The position numbers and the translations under genes were made by a program. A stretch of DNA of 64,000 nucleotides, taken from contig OZ237761.1 in the NCBI GenBank assembly GCA_965178125.1, positions 248,001 to 312,000 on the forward strand, written 5' to 3'. The notes under the pieces are model-generated. The model worked only from the letters and a program-made list of their open reading frames with translations, made no database searches and was not told the origin of the DNA. Shown here piece after piece: positions 58,052 through 64,000 of this stretch (position 1 is the first letter of the stretch; every line of letters begins with the position of its first letter). This DNA is from Bilabrum cf. latius (lineage: Eukaryota).

Positions 58052-61000
58052 TTATTGGCCGTGAAGGGCTGCCCGGCCGGTGCCCGCATCACGAAGCAAG
58101 CCGCCCTCGGCAGCCGCCGCGATCCATGCTCGTCGAGCAGCTGCTCCCGGTCCTCTCCTCGACCCAACCGACCGAATCACCGCAGTGCTATCACCAGCAC
58201 CGTGACCACCCATCCCGCCCGGAGCAGCCTCGTTACGCGCCTCTTCCCATTCCCCCCACGCTTGCAATGCGTGGCCAGGGGCGCGTCCCTGCAGCCACCC
58301 ACCCATAGGCGCGGAACGGAAGCCAGCCCACGCGACACCCGAGCCACGATCTCCATCATCCTCATCTCCGTCCCTGCCGCTGCCTTCACCAGCAGCAGTG
58401 CTAATGCTATCTCCACTCATCACACCTCCGTCCAACACCTGGACAGACACAGCCGATGCGGCATCCGCAGTCACGAGGCATGCGGCACCGAGCCCGAGCA
58501 AGCCGGCGGGCTCGGCCCCCAGGCTCGCCCGCTCGCCTCGGGCAAGTGCTCCAGAAACGGTCGCAACTCCGAGAGCACCGTCACCGAACGTTCGCACGAG
58601 TTCGCTGATAAGCACCCGTGCAGCAGGTGCCCTGGCATCCCTGGGCCCGGCGGCAGCAGAGCCAGCGAGCGGCGGCTCGGGCACGCCGGTTGCAAGCTCC
58701 GATCCGATCCACCGAAGCACACTCTCCAGCGACTCGCTAAATGATCGCGCCTCCTCCCGGGCGCCCCCATCGGTGGCCGAACCGGTTGCAACCGCCGCCG
58801 CGCGACCCAGCGCCACGGCCCACAGCGCCAGGCCAGCGCCGATCGACCCTGCTCGCGCACCAGCCGCAGCTCCACGCCTCCCAATCACAGAAAGAGGCCT
58901 CTCTGCGCCGGCATACGGGATACCGCCCTCTCCCGGGACAACGCCGCCATCGCTACCAGCAAGTCCAGATCCTGCACCGGTTCCCGAGCCAGCGGCAGGC
59001 GCACCCAGCCCAGAGGCCGCCTGCAGTGCTGCTAGATCGCTGGCCATATCGCTGCCAGTTTGGCCACCTTCGGCCGAGATTCCTTGCGCATCAGCATCGC
59101 CGACCCTTCGTCTCTTGGCCTCCCTCCCGGCATCGTCACCGGCAGAGTCCCTGGACCCTCCGTCGCCTTGTGCGGCGCTTGCATCTCCGCCAGTCATCGC
59201 GCCGTTGGCATCGCCGGTCGCGACCGCACCAGCTTGCGATGCACCCTCACCCTCCTCGCCGCCCCTCTGCCGCTTCTTGCCGAGGAGCCCGGGGGCACCG
59301 GAGGGCTGACCCGCTGCACCTGCATGCGATGCACCTGGCTGCTCGTCACCGCCAACCATGGGCACCCCCATGGCCCCTGCCGAGCCCTTTGTCTTCAGGT
59401 TGGGCTCATAGGGAGCAGTCAATGCCGCGTCCCTGGCCTGATCCACACCACCAGCTGCAGCTGCCTGCGTGGCAGCACGAGCCGCTTCTGCCGCAGCCTC
59501 TGACTCTGCCGCGAGCGCCACGGCCATGGCACGCAGCACCGCTGCCAGGCACGGGACATCGAGGGCCCACCACGGCAAACCGCCCGCGCGGGCACCGGGT
59601 GCATCGTCTGCCCACGCCAAAAGGCTGCCCACACCCAGCCAAGCGCTCGTCACGCTGCAGGCAGGAGCGGAGAGCGTGTTGATAGCTCGGTTCAGTCGAG
59701 AGGCCGCCTGAGCAGCTGCCGCGGGCGACAACCCCCTGAGGCGGGGCGCCCCCAATGCGGGGACAAGACCCCCCGAGCTCACCCCGCATTCCCCTAGGGG
59801 TCGCGCCAGCAGCCGGTCCACAGCCCCCCCACCCGGCCTCGCCTCGACAACACCAGCGGCACCAGAGGGCGTCGCAACGCCGCAGCACAGCCCCACCAGG
59901 GCGGCCTCACAGGGAACAACGTCCATCCAACCGGCCCGAGGAACACCCTATGCGTCGCTGCTGGCCCACTGCCACCAAGCCTCGAATGCCTGCGCGGGCG
60001 TGCTGCCTGGCACAGGCAGAGCCACCTCCTCTGCACGGACCCGTGGTGGCGGCGGCCATACCCCGCGCGGAGGCTCGTCCCGCTGTGGTGGCGGCGGCGC
60101 CGCGACTCCCTGCGGAACCATCTGCGCCACGTCTCCCAGCCAGCCTCCCCCACTCGATTTACCCTCACCATCTCCATCACCGCCACTGGCCGCAGCAGCT
60201 GTGACAGCTCCCTGTGTCACCGCTTGGGGAGCAACAGCCAGCATGCAGCGGAGAAGGGAGGCCTTCATGGCCTCGCGGTCGGATCCAACCACCTGTTGTG
60301 CCGCTGTTCCCTCGGTAGCGTAATACGCAACGGCCCACTCACCTCCTGCCAGAGCCGCGGACACGCAAGCAGCAGCGAGCGACTTTCCGTCGGAAGCCGC
60401 CCCGCCTGTTGACCCCCCTTGTTCCCTGGCCGCTTTGACCAGCTCGTGCAGGGCAGCCACGTCGCCCTCTCCCTGTCCTAGTGCCAAGCCGAAGCCTTCG
60501 GCTGCCTGCAGCAGCGGCACCCAGCCCTCTGCCGGAGTGGCAGGCGGGTCACCACCGGTGCCTGACTCAGACAGCTCCGGCCCGATCCCGCACGCCGATG
60601 ACCCGGCCTCGTCGCTCAACAGAATGGCCGCGCCGACCGCCGCCGACGCGACCGCGGGGCGCGGCGCCGGTAGCGGAACCTGAATGAGCACACCGTCGTC
60701 GCCCCCATCGGCACAGCCCCCTGAGGGCACGACCGCCGAGGCCCAGCCGCGGCTCTTCTTCAGTACGCCGGTGGATTCTGCGACCACTTTCTGGAAGGGT
60801 CCGGCGGGGGCCGGCGGGGACCCGCCGCTTGCGGAACTGCCCGCCTGGCGCCGCGCAGCAGTAAGTTCCGCAGCGGTGGTGGCGTCTTCCGCGGCCATGG
60901 CTCCGATCAGTTTGCCCGCCCTGAGGCACGCGCCCGGACCCAGGGGATCGGCCAGCGAGCCCATGGGGCATGCTGCAGGCTGCTGTGGCGAGTCGCCATA

Positions 61001-63178
61001 CTTCAGGGCGACACGGCAGTGCAGTGCAAGCGCCCGAGTGGCTCCTTTGGACACGGCAGCAACGGCCTCCGCACCGGCCTTGCCCTCCGGTTCCGCTTGC
61101 GCGGCGCCCAGCTGTGCCTCGGCCTCGGCCTCGCGAAGATGGAAGGCAAGCTGCTGCACAAAGGAGGGAGCCACGCGCCCGCCTGCAGGAGAACCCGCTG
61201 CGATCGCCAGGCGCGTCACCGCTGCGGCCGCCGCCGCGGCGTCAGGACCAGCAGGTGCCTTAGTCGCAAGTGGCAGCAGCGATCCGTGTTCCCTGGACCA
61301 CTGCAGCGCGCAAAGAGGCGAGGAGCACGGCGAATCGAACCGAAGTAAACCCGCTCCTGCAGATCCCGGCGCGCCGGTACTAGCCTCGATGGTGGCAACT
61401 TCCGGTTTATGCGCCCCCCCGGCCCTGTTCCCTACGGTTGCATCCAGCCCCAGCATGCAGCGCATTGCCGCACCGGCGTGCGGATCGGCTGCCACGAGCC
61501 AGTGGCACGCGTCGTCCACCACGAGCCACGCCAGCCCGGCACCGATCGGCTGAGCCTTCTTCGGAGCACTTGATGAAGATGAAGACGACGACGACGATGC
61601 AGCCGATGAGCGCCTGCCCCATCCCGCTGCAGCGGCAGCAGCAGCGGCAGCCACGGGCTTCAGCACGCCTGCTTCGACTGGCCTACCAGCTCGCGGTCCG
61701 CCGAAGTCAACGGACGCCGGTGCAGGGGCAATCAGCAGCCGGCTTACCCAGCCCACGGGAGAGTGCACCGCCGCGCACTCGTCACCATGGATTCGTTCTG
61801 AGGTTACAACCGGTCTGAGGGGCGCGCCCCACGGGATGGGCGACTACCTAAGACGCAATGAACGCCTCTCCTCCTTCCCCCGAGCATCATCATAGCCTTT
61901 GGTGAGGGACTGCCAGAGGCAGCCGCTGGGGGCAGCGGAGGATTCGTGCAGCAGCGCAGAGGCAGCTGCGGTGGCCGCTGGGCCCCAACTACCCAAAGTG
62001 TGCGCGGCGTCGTCGATCGCCGCAGAACCAGAGTCGTCATCGACTGCAACGATCGCTACCACGCCCTCGTCGGCTTCTGCGCCAGCGGAACCAACCGGCG
62101 CCGCGCTAGCCGATTCCACCATGGCCCAAACAGTTTCCAATCCTCCCACTTGATCAGCGGCATCGCCAGCAACAGCGCACGCAGCAGCAAGTGCCGCCGC
62201 ACCAGCAACGGCTGACCCAGTGACGATCGACGGCGAATCTACGGGTTCGTCACCGCTACCATTCTTCAAACCACACGCTACTTCCAACTGGGATCGCACA
62301 TCGTTGGACCAAACGGCACCAGCTGCAGCCAGCCACGGCAATAACCGGAACAGCGCCGCCACAGCCGAGACGCTGCCCCGCCGCAGCGCCGCCTTGAGTG
62401 CCTCTCGCACGTGGGCGACAGCGACTGCCCTCACGTCCACGGCAAACGAGTCCGCTGCGGATCCGCCGGTGGTGGCACCTTCCGCTCGAACTTGATCTTC
62501 ATGCTCGCTCAGCATACGCCCCCAGCCCGCGACTATTGCGGCGATCGCAGGGGAGGCCCAAGGCCTCTCGAGGGCCATGCGGAGCAGCCACCTGCAAGCC
62601 GTGTGCGCTCTGCTCTTTGCGATCGCGCGGAATGCGACGGAACTGGAACTATCCGATTCTTCTGATGCGTCTTGCCCGTTTGATACGGCCTGGGCTTTGT
62701 CAGCATCTGCATCCGAGGCGACCATCGGGACAGCAGCGCTGGCGCCTGGCGGCTTCCGATGCACAGCCGCCCAAATGTCATCCGACGCCTCCTTCGCGCT
62801 GGTGCTTGAAGAAAGCGCGGACATTATTTTGCCTCGGACATGCCTAGCAAACCTAGATGCGTCCCTAGCTCCGCCGCGGCTTAGGTACTCCTGCACGGCT
62901 GCCCGCTCTTCCGTCGTAAGGCTAGCACATGCTCCCAAAGCTAAGGCTGCCGAGGGCTCTCTGGCCTAAATGTCTTCCTCTGTTGCTGCAACAAACTGCG
63001 ACTATAGTCTTGATGCAACAGCAGACGCTCCTCCTCCGCTGCGGCCCCCACCGCTGAACCGCCGTCCCCTGCCTCGTCCACGCCCTCTGCCGCGGCCTCG
63101 CCCCCTCCCGCGGTACCCTCCCCCGCGGCGTGGCTTGAACGTACGTCTATGGTCTCCGTCGTGCTGGTGCGCCTGCAT
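58052..63178 (-). CDS. Large Ala/Gly-rich helical protein with N-terminal RG repeats; possible divergent cap-binding protein CBP80 (MIF4G-like), ~1708 aa
   Basis: Three ORFs in one frame joined by 4 TAGs, ATG 63178, ends TAA 58052. Segments WLLRMALERPWASPAIAAIV, VREALKAALRRGSVSAVAALFRLLPWL, WLVVDDACHWL and RLNRAINTLS...AWL occur in an order reminiscent of NCBP1; the identification is weak. Confidence 0.6.
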
Positions 63179-63299
63179 TTGAATTATAATTGCCTGGGCT
63201 TAGCCCTGACCTTTTTCATTGCTTGTATTGCTGGGTGTCGATGAAAGCACACGCTACCATCCACGAACTGCAATCGAATCATTTGCGCCTTCTAGTAGC

Positions 63300-64000
63300 A
63301 TGAGCGAATCTCCTAGTCCTGCGCGTTCGATTGATAGTGATGCATCACGTCCTGATTCAGCCACTGGCTCGGGCACTGCTGGGGCTGGTGCGGACGACGG
63401 GCGTATTCTAGTGTTTTGTAGAGTTCGTCCGACAAGAAGTCCGTCTGGGTGGATGAAGTTTGTGCCACAGCGTGGTAGGGTCAATTTTGATGTACCAGAT
63501 TCCTATCTTGAGAGCCATGGGGACGCAGCAATCGCAGCCGGCGGTTTGCAAGCCCGAGACAAGCACCACGAATTTGCTTTCAACGGGTTGATAGGGATGG
63601 GGGCAAAATAGAACGAAGTATTCGACGCAGTTGCCAAGCCAGCAGTAGATAGGTTAGTGCATGCGTAAATATCTCCGAAACTTTGGATGCAACACGTTTT
63701 TCTTCTCAATTCCAGTCTGTCACGGCCAGTCCATCTGAGTATCTGATCGGTCTGCCTGCCACGCAGCGCACTGTCTGGATATAATTCAACTATATTCGCC
63801 TATGGTCAGACCGGAAGCGGGAAAACGTTCACCATTACCGGAGGCCCGGACAGGTACGAAGACAGGGGCATTATCCCGCGCACGCTATCGTACATTTTCA
63901 AGCGGGCGCGCGCCATGGAAGGCGAGGACGAGGCTGCCCCTCCCACACCTGCCTCCGGGGACGGCGACCCGGACGGAGGTACCGAGGGGGAGGGTACAGA
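63300..64000 (+). CDS. KIF6: Kinesin-9 family motor, KIF6-like (3' end outside window)
   Basis: [31 protein letters not shown], intron 63653-63766 (GTTAGT..CGCAG), then [41 protein letters not shown]. Confidence 0.92.

Noticed and set aside
63609-63611. TAG as pyrrolysine, Leu, Glu, Tyr or Trp
   Set aside because: Conserved columns in kinesin, fucokinase and MORN call for Gln, and paralogues swap TAG with CAG/CAA. Trp matches occur only in fast-evolving duplicates.
1-64000. Assigning the organism (e.g. a Cafeteria-like stramenopile) or finding the suppressor tRNA
   Set aside because: Composition is only suggestive; no rRNA or tRNA gene was recognised in this window.

Overview
Gene-dense, GC-rich eukaryotic nuclear DNA with short GT-AG introns (~85-160 nt). 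Flagellum-associated genes (MORN1-like, kinesin-9/KIF6) point to a flagellated protist; the lineage cannot be fixed from the sequence alone. The main result is a non-standard nuclear genetic code: TAG is read as Gln, while TGA (and apparently TAA) remain stops. The supplied ORF track is therefore fragmented. With TAG=Q the pieces join into long intact genes (about 90 in-frame TAGs by hand count in 12 genes outside the repeat arrays, with no in-frame TAA/TGA). TAG falls on conserved Gln positions and swaps with CAG/CAA between paralogues. Content: two inverted arrays of a ~3-kb two-gene unit separated by 47-bp minisatellites flank a single-copy core (MORN1-like, fucokinase/GDP-fucose pyrophosphorylase, MOG1). 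These are followed by a CRE-like retrotransposon 3' fragment, two secreted glycoside hydrolases, a YVH1 zinc-domain protein, a ~2150-aa secreted EGF-containing protein, CLN3/battenin, two tandem F-box-like multipass membrane paralogues, an R2R3-type Myb, a head-to-tail array of 5'-truncated repeats, a CBP80-like gene and the 5' end of KIF6. A 12-mer, GTGTGACGAGTG, is strongly over-represented inside coding sequences.
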